From: Macrostomum lignano
Lineage: Eukaryota
Assembly: GCA_002269645.1 (NCBI GenBank)
Contig: NIVC01000575.1
Coordinates: 186,001 to 250,000 of the forward strand
Direction: 5' to 3'
DNA length: 64,000 bases
How positions within the stretch are numbered: position 1 is the stretch's first letter; each line of letters starts with the position of its first letter. The notes below the pieces were generated by a model that did no database searches, had not been told where the DNA came from, and was given only the letters and a program-made list of their open reading frames with translations. A program made the position numbers and the translations under genes. Positions 13,670 through 49,309 of this stretch are shown here, piece after piece.

Positions 13670-14115
13670 ACGAGTAGCTTTCACTAGCTTCCCATGGCTT
13701 CCACTAGCTTCCCATGGCTTTCATTAGCTTTCCATGGCTTCCACTAGCTTCCCATGGCTTCCACTAGCTTCGCATGGCTTCCACTAGCTTTACATGGCTT
13801 CCACTAGCTTCGCATGGCTTCCACTAGCTTCCCATGGCTTCCACTAGCTTCGCATGGCTTCCACTAGCTTCCCATGGCTTCCACTAGCTTCCCATGGCTT
13901 CCACTAGCTTCGCATGGCTTCCACTAGCTTCCCATGGCTTCCACTAGCTTCCCATGGCTTCCACTAGCTTCGCATGGCTTCCACTACGTAGCTTCCTATG
14001 GCTTTCACTAGCTTCCCATGGCTTCCACTAGCTTCCCATGGCTTCCACTAGCTTCCCATGGCTTCCACTAGCTTCGCATGGCTTCCACTAGCTTCCCAGG
14101 GCTTCTACTAGCTTT
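13670..14115. repeat. 20-bp minisatellite (TTCCACTAGC TTCCCATGGC)n
   Basis: Direct observation; each half resembles the adjacent 10-mer. Confidence 0.95.
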
Positions 14116-14769
14116 CTATAACTTTCCATCGCAATTTTATTATGCTCAAAAGCATGGAAATCAAGTTACGATATCACTTTCAGTGAAATAAAGATTTGCC
14201 TGATCTAAGAAAACAAATTAAAATGATTCTCTTCACTGCATCGGCAGAGAATAAGTCAAGAAAAAACCTGTCAGCGGATAATCTCTGACGAATATGGGAG
14301 AATCCGCTGCCAGAGATCAGCGCGGGTGAAAGAGAAAAATGAAAGAGAAGGGAGAAAGAAATGGGGAGATAGAGGTGGAGCTTTGAAAATCCCCATAAAT
14401 CCCCATTGGTCTAGAGGGGGGGGGCATTGGGAAGAGGAGGCAGCGGGGTCTGCAGGTTCGCAAACTCACCGAGCAGCTCAGCGCAGGCTCTATATCAGCC
14501 AAAGGGATTTGCCTTTATCCAGTAGTCTCCCCAAAGCTTGCACAGAGAGTTGCAGGACAGGACAAGAGGCAAGAACACAGGCAGGGGACAAAATCCCAAC
14601 TATTTAATCTGTTGGAGCAAGTTCGGCTGGCCCAAGTTTACTAACACTGCTGTGTTTCTGGTCAGTTTGTTTCACCTAAAGGTGAGTTTGATTGGTATTT
14701 AGAGTTACAAGTGAAAATCTAGTGCCCCCTCTCAGATTGTTCCCCCCCTGAGCTTTGCCCCCCTTCCAT

Positions 14770-15295
14770 AGAGTTTTACCCTCTCTCCTCAAGTTTACCT
14801 TTTCTTCACCACTTACCCTCCCTTCGTAGAGTTTTACCCTCCATAGAGTTTTACCCTCCACAGAGTTTTACCCTCCACAGAGTTTTGCCCTCCACTGAGT
14901 TTTACCCTCCACAGATTATTACCTTCCCTCCACATAGTTTTACCCTCCCTCCACAGATTATTACCCTCCCTTCACAGAGTTTTACCCTCCCTCCACAGAG
15001 TTTTACCCTCCATAGAGTTTTACCCTCCACAGAGTTTTACCCTCCCTCCTCAAGTTTTACCTTTTCTTCACCACTTACCCTCCCTTCGTAGAGTTTTACC
15101 CTCCATAGAGTTTTACCCTCCATAGAGTTTTACCCTCCATAGAGTTTTACCCTCCATAGAGTTTTACCCTCCATAGAGTTTTACCCTCCATAGAGTTTCA
15201 CCCTCCCTCCACAGAGTTTTACCCTCCCTTCACAGAGTTTTACCCTCCCTTAACAAAGTTTTACCCTCCCTCCACAGAGTTTCACCCTCACAAAG
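14770..15295. repeat. 17-bp minisatellite (AGAGTTTTACCCTCCAT) with an internal block duplication
   Basis: Direct observation; block ctcaagtt..cttttcttcaccacttaccctcccttcgtag occurs at ~14788 and ~15049. Confidence 0.9.
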
Positions 15296-15709
15296 TTTGA
15301 GGCGCAGTAAGAGCAAACTCGTGTCTCACTCGAACAAGACTCATAGGCAGGCAATATCTTTTCTGCTTTTAGCAGAGCCAAAGCAGAGTTTTCGCCGAAG
15401 TCTGCGTTGGCATTTTTAGCCATTTATTTATCTGTTTCTCCTAGCAATCCCAGCGGGCGGTCCCTGCACCTCCCCATCCCTCCATCGTTCCCCTCTCACT
15501 CCCCCCAGTCCAGAGGATCTCCCGCCGATCTCAGAAGAGCTTTGCGGCTCCAACAGAACAGCTCCCAGAAGATCACCCTTCTGCTTTCTCCGCTGAAGAG
15601 TTGGATCAGAAAAAGTAGAAAAAGTTATTAATAATGATAATGACAATATCCGTTAGGCTTGCAATGGCATATATACACATATATATTAAGATACTATTGT
15701 TCTTCTGGC

Positions 15710-16725
15710 AGAGGAGAGGAGAGAGGAGAGAGGGGAGAGGGGAGAGGGGAGAGGAGAGAGGGGAGAGGAGAGGGAGAGGAGAGATGAGAGAGGGGAGAGA
15801 GGAGAGGAGAGAGGAGAGAGGAGAGAGGGTAGTGGAGAGAGGGGAGAGGAGAGAGGGGAGTGGAGAGAGGGGAGTGGAGAGAGGGGAGAGGAGAGAGGAG
15901 AGAGGAGAGAGGGGAGTGGAGAGAGGGGAGAGGAGAGAGGAGAGAGGAGAGAGGGGAGTGGAGAGAGGGGAGAGGAGAGAGGGTAGTGGAGAGAGGAGAG
16001 AGGAGAGAGGGGAGAGGGGAGAGGGGAGAGGAGAGAGGAGAGAGGGGAGAGGAGAGGGAGAGGAGAGATGAGAGAGGGAAGAGAGGAGAGGAGAGAGGAG
16101 AGAGGAGAGAGGGGAGTGGAGAGAGGGGAGAGGAGAGAGGAGAGAGGAGAGAGGGTAGTGGAGAGAGGGGAGAGGAGAGAGGGGAGTGGAGAGAGGGGAG
16201 TGGAGAGAGGGGAGAGGAGAGAGGAGAGAGGAGAGAGGGGAGTGGAGAGAGGGGAGAGGAGAGAGGAGAGAGGAGAGAGGGGAGTGGAGAGAGGGGAGAG
16301 GAGAGAGGAGAGAGGAGAGAGGGGAGTGGAGAGAGGGAGAGGAGAGAGGAGAGAGGAGAGAGGGTAGTGGAGAGAGGGGAGAGGAGAGAGGAGAGAGGAG
16401 AGAGGGTAGTGGAGAGAGGGGAGAGGAGAGAGGGGAGTGGAGAGAGGGAGTTGAGAGAGGAGAGAGGAGAGAGGAGAGAGGGGAGTGGAGAGAGGGAGTT
16501 GAGAGAGGAGAGAGGGGAGAGGAGAGAGGGGAGTGGAGAGAGGGGAGAGGAGAGGGAGAGGAGAGATGAGAGAGGGAGAGAGGAGAGGAGAGAGGAGAGA
16601 GGAGAGAGGGGAGTGGAGAGAGGAGAGAGGAGAGAGGAGAGAGGAGAGAGGAGAGAGGAGAGAGGAGAGAGGAGCGAGGGGAGAGGAGAGAGTGGAGAGG
16701 AGAGAGGGGAGAAGAGAGATGGGGA
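15710..16725. repeat. Polypurine GA-rich complex repeat (GAGAG/GGAGT variants)
   Basis: Direct observation. Confidence 0.95.
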
Positions 16726-17374
16726 GGCAGAATGGATAAGGCTGAAGATAAAAAAGCTGCCAGCGGCCAACACGCTCAGCCCAGCAGCAGTGCATAAGCT
16801 CTCAGCAAATATTCATACAGCATAGCCAAACCTAGTTTACTGAAGCAAATACAGCATTGGCTTTGTCCTTTCAACAAGACAAGCAAGTTTGTCCATTGCC
16901 CTTTGACTGCAATGTCTCTGCTGCGCCCGCCCGCCTGTCGCCCGCCTCAACAGCTCGAGGGCAAAGAGCCTGAAGGGTCAGAGACCGCACAGAGAGCCGA
17001 CTTGGTGGGATGGGGGGGAGAAAGTGGGTGGGAAAAGAGGCAATACACGAGATAAGAATGTTTGGTAGGGACCGAGTGGGGAGGGAGTCGCAAGATCCCA
17101 GTGGGATTTAAATTTGCATTCTGGGTCACGCAGCTCTCGAGCCTCTCCTCACTTGCTGACTCTCCTCTGTCCCTTTCTCCCAAATCCCAACCAAGGAATA
17201 TTCTAGTATTGAGGGCAACTTTTTAAAACAAAGGGCGATATACTTCCAAGCCTATGGGTTAAGTAAGTTTGCTGGGAGATCAATGAGCTCCATTGCGGGT
17301 CTGGCTCTATAGGGGTGGTGACTGAGCAGTCAATCAACAGGTTTTCTCAATTCCCCCCACTCCCGATTCTCATC

Positions 17375-18345
17375 TGTTCCTGACTCTCACCTTTCCCGAT
17401 TCTCATCTGTTGCTGACTCTCACCTTCAACTATTTTCATCTGTTCCTGACTCTCACCTTTCCCTATTCTCATCTGTTCCTGACTCTCACCTTTCCCGATT
17501 CTCATCTGTTCCTGACTCTCACCTTCAACTATTTTCATCTGTTCCTGACTCTCACCTTTCCCTATTCTCATCTGTTCCTGACTCTCACCTTTCCCTATTC
17601 TCATCTGTTCCTGACTCTCACCTTTCCCTATTCTCATCTGTTCCTGACTCTCCCCTTTCCCGATTCTCATCTGTTCCTGACTCTCATCTTTCCCTATTCT
17701 CATCTGTTCCTGACTCTCACCTTTCCCTATTCTCATCTGTTCCTGACTCTCACCTTCAAATATTCTCATCTGTTCCTGACTCTCCTCTTTCCCTATTCTC
17801 ATCTGTTCCTGACTCTCACCTTTCCCTATTCTCATCTGTTCCTGACTCTCACCATTCCCTATTCTCATCTGTTCCTGACTCTCAGCTTTCCCTATTCTCA
17901 TCTGTTCCTGACTCTCACCTTTTCCTATTCTCATCTGTTCCTGACTCTCACCTTTCCCTATTCTCATCTGTTCCTGACTCTCACCTTTTCCTATTCTCAT
18001 CTGTTCCTGACTCTCACCTTTCCCTATTCTCATCTGTTCCTGACTCTCACCTTTTCCTATTCTCATCTGTTCCTGACTCCAACCATTCCCTATTCTCATC
18101 TGTTCCTGACTCTCAGCTTTCCCTATTCTCATCTGTTCCTATCATCTTTCCCGATTCTCATCTGTTCCTGACTCTCACCTTTCCCTATTCTCATCTGTTC
18201 CTGACTCTCACCTTTCCCGAGTCTCATCTGTTCCTATCATCTTTCCCTATTCTCATCTGTTCCTGACTCTCACCTTTCCCTATTTTCATTTGTTCCTGAC
18301 TCTCACCATTCCCTATTCTCATCTGTTCCTGACTCTCACCCTTCA
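17375..18345. repeat. 33-bp minisatellite (CTATTCTCATCTGTTCCTGACTCTCACCTTTCC)
   Basis: Direct observation; 11-aa period in the ORF track. Confidence 0.95.
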
Positions 18346-18477
18346 TTGACTATCAGCATTATCTGGCTCTCATTTTTCCCAGTTTTCACCTTTCTATGAC
18401 TCTCACCTTCCTGACACTCACACCTAAATTTCTCAGAGCTTGCTAACCCAGCCTCTCCGCCCCATCTCCGCCCACAG

Positions 18478-41665
<23,188 letters not shown>

Positions 41666-43129
41666 TTTCTAGAAATCATTCGATTTCGGTCGATCCACAT
41701 TTAATTACTTAATTAGCAGGATTAATGACCATGTAGCAGCGGCACGCCATTAGTTCCCTATCCAGTTTCCCAAGCAGAAACTCCTTCAAAGATTCCCAGT
41801 TTTTTCTTTTTGAGTTTATCAATCAATTCAATCGAGTCGACATATTTTTAATAAAAAGAAATCTTTGCGCGTCTTTCCTTGTCTTGTCGAATTCTAATAT
41901 AGTCATCATATAATCTCCTTAACCAGCATAGCAACAGTAAGAAGGCCCGAAGATACCAGAATATTTTGCTGTAAATATTTTAAAATAGGAACGGTCTAAA
42001 ATAAGATTCAAGTGTTAGTTACCTTTTTTAACTCGTGTTAATGAGTTAATTAGTGTGAGTCGCAAAAGTTAAGTAATTAAGATTGCAACTGAGAAATGAT
42101 AGGTAATGTACATGTAATAGTGGTTTGCCTGTCTCCCCGAGCGCATGCGATTGTACCTTTGCATAAAAGTACACACCACGAGTCATACCCCCCTACTGAA
42201 CTGATTAATAATGCGACTATATTTTTCGCCGTAGCAACAAAGATTTTCTTTTCAATACGAAACAATAAAGAAAATCATGCCCCTAACCTGTGCAATAAAT
42301 CTTAAACTATTATTTATAAAAGAATTTGAGTAACTCGTTTTAAGTATTCTTCATTTCTAAGCTGGGCAAATTCTACCAGATTTGAATCTAATTTGTGGAC
42401 TCTCCACGTTTTTGTATTTTTATGATCCGAGTGGTTTGGAAAACAAAAAAAACAACAAAAAAGATTCAATCTAATAACAAACTACTCAATACTGTGCAAC
42501 AACAAACAAACAGAATGATTTCTAACTACGAAAGGCGCCCAGTCTATTTTCAGACTCTAAAGCTAAAGATTTCCTAGAATTTTTCTAATTTAAATTGGTG
42601 CTAAATTCTTGGTAAAAACGGAATTGCGTCTACTTACAGTAGTTTAAATTTTGCCCAAAATGAACTAGAAAGTCAAAAAGGTTCTTAGGTAGGAGACAAT
42701 TATAACACTAAAGAATGAACTTAGCTCTTGATACTACTGATAGGGTAGCGTCTGTTCTGAGTTTTTGTATTCGATCTGGGCTTCTTTCATTGGCTACTCG
42801 TAGAAACCGAAGAAGATAGGGCGAAGATACCTTGGAAATTTTGTGACGCCCTTTGTAGTTACATAAAAAAATCTATGCGGTGCATTTTAAGCCGATACTC
42901 ATTAGTAAAATATTAGCAGCTGCTAAAAATAAACGGCTAAAATTGTAGGCAAGAATGAAAACTTTAATGTCAAAGCAGAGATTTTGTAACAGTGATACTC
43001 AGAAGACAAAAATTAACAATGCGTGAGAAAACAAAAACAGTTCGCTTTGACTGCATTTTGAACTGGATTGAAGTATAAATAGTAAATTTTGCCGCTAGCC
43101 AATTAGAGAGCTGCTGGAAAATTGCATTC

Positions 43130-43637
43130 TAGCTACAGTTTACATATAGCCGCCAACCAATCAGAAAGCTTCTGGAAAACCATAGCTAGCCACAGAGTGT
43201 ATATTAAGCTGCTAGCCAATCAGAAAGCTTCTGGAAAACCATAGCTAGCCACAGAGTGTATATTAAGCTGCTAGCCAATCAGAAAGCTTCTGGAAAACCA
43301 TAGCTAGCCACAGAGTGTATATTAAGCTGCTAGCCAATCAGAAAGCTTCTGGAAAACCATAGCTAGCCACAGAGTGTATATTAAGCTGCTAGCCAATCAG
43401 AAAGCTTCTGGAAAACCATAGCTAGCCACAGAGTGTATATTAAGCTGCTAGCCAATCAGAAAGCTTCTGGAAAATCCTAGCTAGCCACAGAGTGTATATT
43501 AAGCTGCTAGCCAATCAGAAAGCTTCTGGAAAATCCTAGCTAGCCACAGAGTGTATATTAAGCTGCTAGCCAATCAGAAAGCTTCTGGAAAATCCTAGCT
43601 AGCCACAGAGTGTATATTAAGCTGCTAGCCAATCAGA
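43130..43637. repeat. 59-bp minisatellite, ~8.5 units
   Basis: Unit GCTAGCCAATCAGAAAGCTTCTGGAAAACCATAGCTAGCCACAGAGTGTATATTAAGCT, between the convergent 3' ends of PDE1 and hexokinase. Confidence 0.95.
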
Positions 43638-44319
43638 GAGCCTGATGACCCTCTGTCATACACCAATAACATTAATGAATAGCAATCATAATACGAGCCT
43701 TGAGTTTACGCATCTCGCAAAGCTCTCTACTACATGCAACACACTACTAAGAGTAAAAAAGTGCACGAGACGCAAATTGAATATCCCAGATAGCCGCAAC
43801 AGAAGACACTGAGGCTTGGTTGAGGTAAAAAAGGACACAAAACAAGTTCTACCAAATATCAAGGAGCTGAGCAATTAACACAACGACCCAATGCTAATTA
43901 ACATAATTCAGTAATGCTACACTACGAAAAATGCTACACAAACTCGTTCTGAACACAAAGTTCTGCCCTCTCATTTTCAGTCATGAGAAAGTGCAAGAAT
44001 TGAATAAAAACAAAAACGAATTATAACCGTTTCTATGGCTACAAGATAACTTTTTTTGATCACAACAAACAAACGTGAGCTGAGTAACACCACGGGACCT
44101 GCAGATGAGGCTAATTCAGTAGTAAAAGGCGATTAATAAATTAGTGATTAAATCCTAGCTAGAAAAACTTCTGAGAGTTCTATGAGAGCGAAGAATTTGC
44201 TGGAGCTGCGAGATGCGAAGGTGCGTCAAGGGGGAGGTTTGCATTGTCAGCCAACAGTTGCGGGAAGGTGTTGACCCGTTGCCATAGAAACACAGCAGGC
44301 AAGGTGCCATCAGAACAGC

Positions 44320-47300
44320 TCAGGCCATGGCGGCAATGGCCGCCGCACCTTTGCCGCTGCCGTCCTCCGATAGGCGCAGCAGGAACTGCAAAGAAAAAAT
44401 AAGTTATATACTACTCATAGTAGGCTGCTAAAAAGCTGCCGAACCAAACCGAAATCCTGCATTGATTTATTGATATATCACTACCTTATTCTAACTGACT
44501 GGTTCAGATCTAATCAAAGCTCCAATCCCACCTGCCAATCAAATCTCCAATCCCCACCTGCCAATCAAATCTCCAATCCCACCTGCCAATCAAATCTCCA
44601 ATCCCACCTGCCAGTCAAATCTCCAATCCCACCTGCCAGTCAAATCTCCAATCCCACCTGCCAGTCAAATCTCCAATCCCACCTGCCAATCAAATCTCCA
44701 ATCCCACCTGCCAATCAAATCTCCAATCCCACCTGCCAATCAAATCTCCAATCCCCACCTGCCAATCAAATCTCCAATCCCACCTGCCAATCAAATCTCC
44801 AATCCCCACCTGCCAATCAAATCTCCAATCCACCTGCCAGTCAAATCTCCAATCCCACCTGCCAGTCAAATCTCCAATCCCACCTGCCAATCAAATCTCC
44901 AATCCCCACCTGCCAATCAAATCTCCAATCCACCTGCCAGTCAAATCTCCAATCCCACCTGCCAGTCAAATCTCCAATCCCACCTGCCAATCAAATCTCC
45001 AATCCCACCTGCCAATCAAATCTCCAATCCCACCTGCCAATCAAATCTCCAATCCCCACCTGCCAATCAAATCTCCAATCCCACCTGCCAATCAAATCTC
45101 CAATCCCACCTGCCAATCAAATCTCCAATCCCACCTGCCAATCAAATCTCCAATCCACCTGCCAGTCAAATCTCCAATCCCACCTGCCAGTCAAATCTCC
45201 AATCCCACCTGCCAATCAAATCTCCAATCCCACCTGCCAATCAAATCTCCAATCCCACCTGCCAATCAAATATCCAATCCCACCTGCCAATCAAATCTCC
45301 GGTCCCCACCTGCCAATCAAATCTCCAATCCCACCTGCCAATCAAAGCTGCACTCCAGCGCCAGCCCCTTACCTTAGCATCCGGGTGCAGCTCGTTAATC
45401 TTGTCGATCATCCGCTGTGGAAAGTGCGGATGAAATTTAAACAGCGAGCCGTCAATGCCGACGGTGACGTCATCGGGGGAGCCGATTCGCTTCAACAGGC
45501 AGGAGATGCCGGTGGCAACCAGGTAGGCAGACCGGGTGGACACGGCCTCGCACAGGCAGCGCACAGTCATCATGTCCAGCGGGCGGACCAGCTGCAGGCC
45601 GAGGTCCACAGTGAGAAGGCTATCTGTGCTATAGTAGTGCCTGGGCGGATCCCGCTCCACCTCGCTCAGGTATTTGGTGTGGAAGCTCATGGGCTGGCGC
45701 AGCGCCTCGGGCATGCGGCCGTCGAATAGCACACCGTCAGATACCAGCTGCTGGATGGCCAAGCGAACCAGCTCGCCCAGATACATGCCGGACACCAGCT
45801 TCTCGAATGTCTGCGGGTTGATCCCAAAGAATCTTTGCTGCTAAAAAATCTCCCCTGAACCGCTTGCTCCCCAAGAATCGCCCCTGAACCGCTTGCTCCC
45901 CAAAAATCGCCCCTGAACCGCTTGTTCGCCAAAAATCGCCCCTGAACCGCTTGCTCCCCAAGAATCGCCCCTGAACCGCTTGTTCCCCAAGAATCGCCCC
46001 TGAACCGCTTGCTCCCCAAGAATCGCCCCTGAACCGCTTGCTCCCCAAGAATCGCCCCTGAACCGCTTGCTCCCCAAGAATCGCCCCTGAACCGCTTGCT
46101 CCCCAAAAATCGCCCCTGAACCGCTTGCTCCCCAAAAATCGCCCCTGAACCGCTTGCTCCCCAAGAATCGCCCCTGAACCGCTTACTTCCTGAGAATCGC
46201 CCCTGAACCGCTTGCTCCCCAAAAATCGCCCCTGAACCGCTTGCTCCCCAAGAATCGCCCCTGAACCGCTTGCTTCCCAAAAATCGCCCCTGAACCGCTT
46301 GCTCCCCAAGAATCGCCCTGAACTGGCCTGTCAGGTTTCACCTGTCGCCCCGGATTAATGCTGGCCGCGTCCAGCTGCCTATCCAGATCAGTTCTGAACC
46401 GTTCCAGACAGCCGTCGGCTCCGAAGTTGCCCCACTCCGTGTTGATGACAACCCGACTCTCCCCGGCTGGCAGCTCCGTTGAGTACTTATCAACAGCGGC
46501 TACCCGCTCCACGTAGGCGGCATTGGTGCCTGTGCCAACGATGAGGCCGATCATGCAGGCAGGGTCCTCCAGAGCGCAGGCTGCCAGGGTGCCCACGGTG
46601 TCGTTGACCAGGGCTACGCAGCGGGCGGCCAGACCGCGCCTGTCTATGGCTTCCTGCGGATGCGTTAGCCCGGTTACAGTCTTGTACAGTGCAGCTACAT
46701 TTGGCGCTTGGGAGTGGATTCATGCGCAATCTATTTTAGAAGGATGATATCCCTAACGCAGGATTGGAATATCCAATAGAACCCAAATGATATTCTTCGT
46801 AGCCTGAAGAATACTTATCACTGCCTGACTAACAATAATCGTTTTATGAAGGATATTACAAGTAATCGCTGCCTGAAGAATATTAATTGCAGCCTGAAGG
46901 ATATTAACCAAAGCCTGAAGGATATTAACCATAGCCTGAAGGATATTAACTATAGCCTGAAGGATATTAACCATAGCCTGAAGGATATTAACCATAGCCT
47001 GAAGGATATTAACTATAGCCTGAAGGGTATTAACCATAGCCTGAAGGATATTAACCATAGCCTGAAGGATATTAACCATAGCCTGAAGGATATTAACCAT
47101 AGCCTGAAGGATAATAATTGCAGCCTGAATGGCATTCCTCAGAGACTGAAGGAAATTTCTTTACTCCCGCCACGCACCTGCAACAGCTGACACACGTCGT
47201 TGCCAACGACGCCCTCAGCCGAGTAGCCCTTGGTCCAGCCGAGCAATCGGGCGCTGGCCAGGCCGCGCTGCTCGCACGGGAACGAGAATGTGAAGCCGAG

Positions 47301-47556
47301 GCGAAGCGGAGCGGCCGGATTTTCGGCCAGATGGGCGGCGCCGTGCTCGGCCATAAAGTCGGCAATGGTGGCGGCCAAGAAGTCGAACAGGTCGATGCCG
47401 CGGCCGCGCATGAGCTCGCCGGGCACCGAGTAGACGTTCTCAACGATCTCAGGCGGCTGGCCTGGCGGGCGCATTCGAACTAGCAGCACCCGGTAGTTGG
47501 TGCCGCCCAGGTCCAGTGCCAGGTAGTCGCCTGGGCCCGGGGACTGGCCGTGGCCT

Positions 47557-47591
<35 letters not shown>

Positions 47592-49125
47592 GCTGGGCGC
47601 GGCCCTGCCGGGCAGCCGGGTCACATGAGAGCAGAGCATTGGAACGCATTGCGGCGGCCCAGTAGCGCTCAGGCCGGCTCGGAAGGCCGCCTCCAGCTGC
47701 AGCTCGATGGCGTGATAGTCCGATTCGGACAGGGTCAGGCTGGCTATCAGGGCGCGGGCCTGCGATGGAGATTAATGGTATAGATGTCTGATAGATGCTG
47801 AATAGATATTGGCTAGATGCTGCATAGATACTGGCTAGATGCCGAATAGATATTGGCTAGATTTCTGATAGATATTGGCAAGATGTCTGATAGATATTGG
47901 CTAGATGTCTGATAGATATTGGCTAGATTTCTGATAGATATTGGCAAGATGTCTGATAGATATTGGCTAGATGTCTGATAGATATTGGCTAGATGTCTGA
48001 TAGATATTGGCTAGATTTCTGATAGATATTGGCAAGATGTCTGATAGATATTGGCTAGATTTCTGATAGATATTGGCTAGATGTCTGATAGATATTGGCT
48101 AGATTTCTGACAGATATTGGCTAGATTTCTGATAGATATTGGCTAGATGTCTGATAGATATTGGCTAGATTTCTGACAGATATTGGCTAGATGTCTGATA
48201 GATATTGGCTAGATTTCTGACAGATATTGGCTAGATGTCTGATAGATATTGGCTAGATTTCTGACAGATATTGGCTAGATGTCTGATAGATATTGGCTAG
48301 ATTTCTGACAGATATTGGCAAGATGTCTGATAGATATTAGCTAGATTTCTGATAGATATTGGCTAGATGTCTGATAGATATTGGCTAGATTTCTGATAGA
48401 TATTGGCTAGATGTCTGATAGATATTGGCTAGATTTCTGACAGATATTGGCTAGATGTCTGATAGATATTGGCTAGATTTCTGACAGATATTGGCTAGAT
48501 GTCTGATAGATATTGGCTAGATTTCTGACAGATATTGGCTAGATGTCTGATAGATATTGGCTAGATTTCTGACAGATATTGGCTAGATGTCTGATAGATA
48601 TTGGCTAGATTTCTGACAGATATTGGCAAGATGTCTGATAGATATTGGCTAGATTTCTGATAGATATTGGCTAGATGTCTGATAGATATTGGCTAGATTT
48701 CTGATAGATATTGGCTAGATGTCTGATAGATATTGGCTAGATTTCTGACAGATATTGGCTAGATGTCTGATAGATATTGGCTAGATTTCTGACAGATATT
48801 GGCTAGATGTCTGATAGATATTGGCTAGATTTCTGACAGATATTGGCTAGATGTCTGATAGATATTGGCTAGATTTCTGATAGATATTGGCTAGATGTCT
48901 GATAGATATTGGCTAGATTTCTGACAGATATTAGCTAGATGCCGAATAGATGCTTATTCAATGCTAAATTTAGCAGAAAATATTTACAAGTTATTGTTTC
49001 TCTCCTGAAAATACGAGTCGTACGTTAACATACGAGTACTAAAAAACTCCATATAAGCTTATCCAAGGTTTACTTACCTTTTCTGGTAAAGCTGGAATCT
49101 TCTTTCGCGAGTCGCTGACATGCAT
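44320..49125 (-). CDS. HK: Hexokinase (single-domain, ~50 kDa type), spliced
   Basis: All phase-0 exons: 49125-49078 (MHVSDSRKKIPALPEK, least certain), 47759-47178 (LALDLGGTNYRV, LGFTFSFPC, WTKG), 46653-46342 (NDTVGT, IVGTGTNAAY, NTEWGNFG), 45810-45373 (FEKLVSGMYLGELVR, GIDGSLFK.HP), 44385-44320 (SEDGSGKGAA, TGA). Confidence 0.95.
44515..45350. repeat. 25-bp minisatellite (CCAATCAAATCTCCAATCCCACCTG) in HK intron 4
   Basis: Direct observation. Confidence 0.97.
45830..46325. repeat. 28-bp minisatellite (GAATCGCCCCTGAACCGCTTGCTCCCCA+A) in HK intron 3
   Basis: Direct observation; occupies ~93% of the intron. Confidence 0.97.
46850..47130. repeat. 21-bp minisatellite (AGCCTGAAGGATATTAACCAT) in HK intron 2
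   Basis: Direct observation. Confidence 0.95.
47790..48945. repeat. 22-bp minisatellite (GATAGATATTGGCTAGATGTCT) with alternating variants, in HK intron 1
   Basis: Direct observation; GATGTCTGATA and GATTTCTGACA variants alternate (44-bp dimer). Confidence 0.97.
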
Positions 49126-49309
49126 GAACTCGTAATTCCTTCTGCAAATACAATTTTCATATCCAATATGATAGATGATCTTACACAGCTGCTCTGCAAC
49201 GTCTGCTATTGCATACTTGAGCAATACATGTATAGACTGCCCATATTATCAAGCTGATAAACAAATATCAACCCGGAGATTAACAGTGAAACAACCAAGG
49301 GGCTTTGTC

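Noticed and set aside
15440-17010. Possible upstream PDE1 exons (15510-15615, 16730-16790, 16955-17005), also 19960-20100 and 24360-24510
   Set aside because: Protein-like composition but no recognisable homology and no convincing donor/acceptor pair in the right phase.
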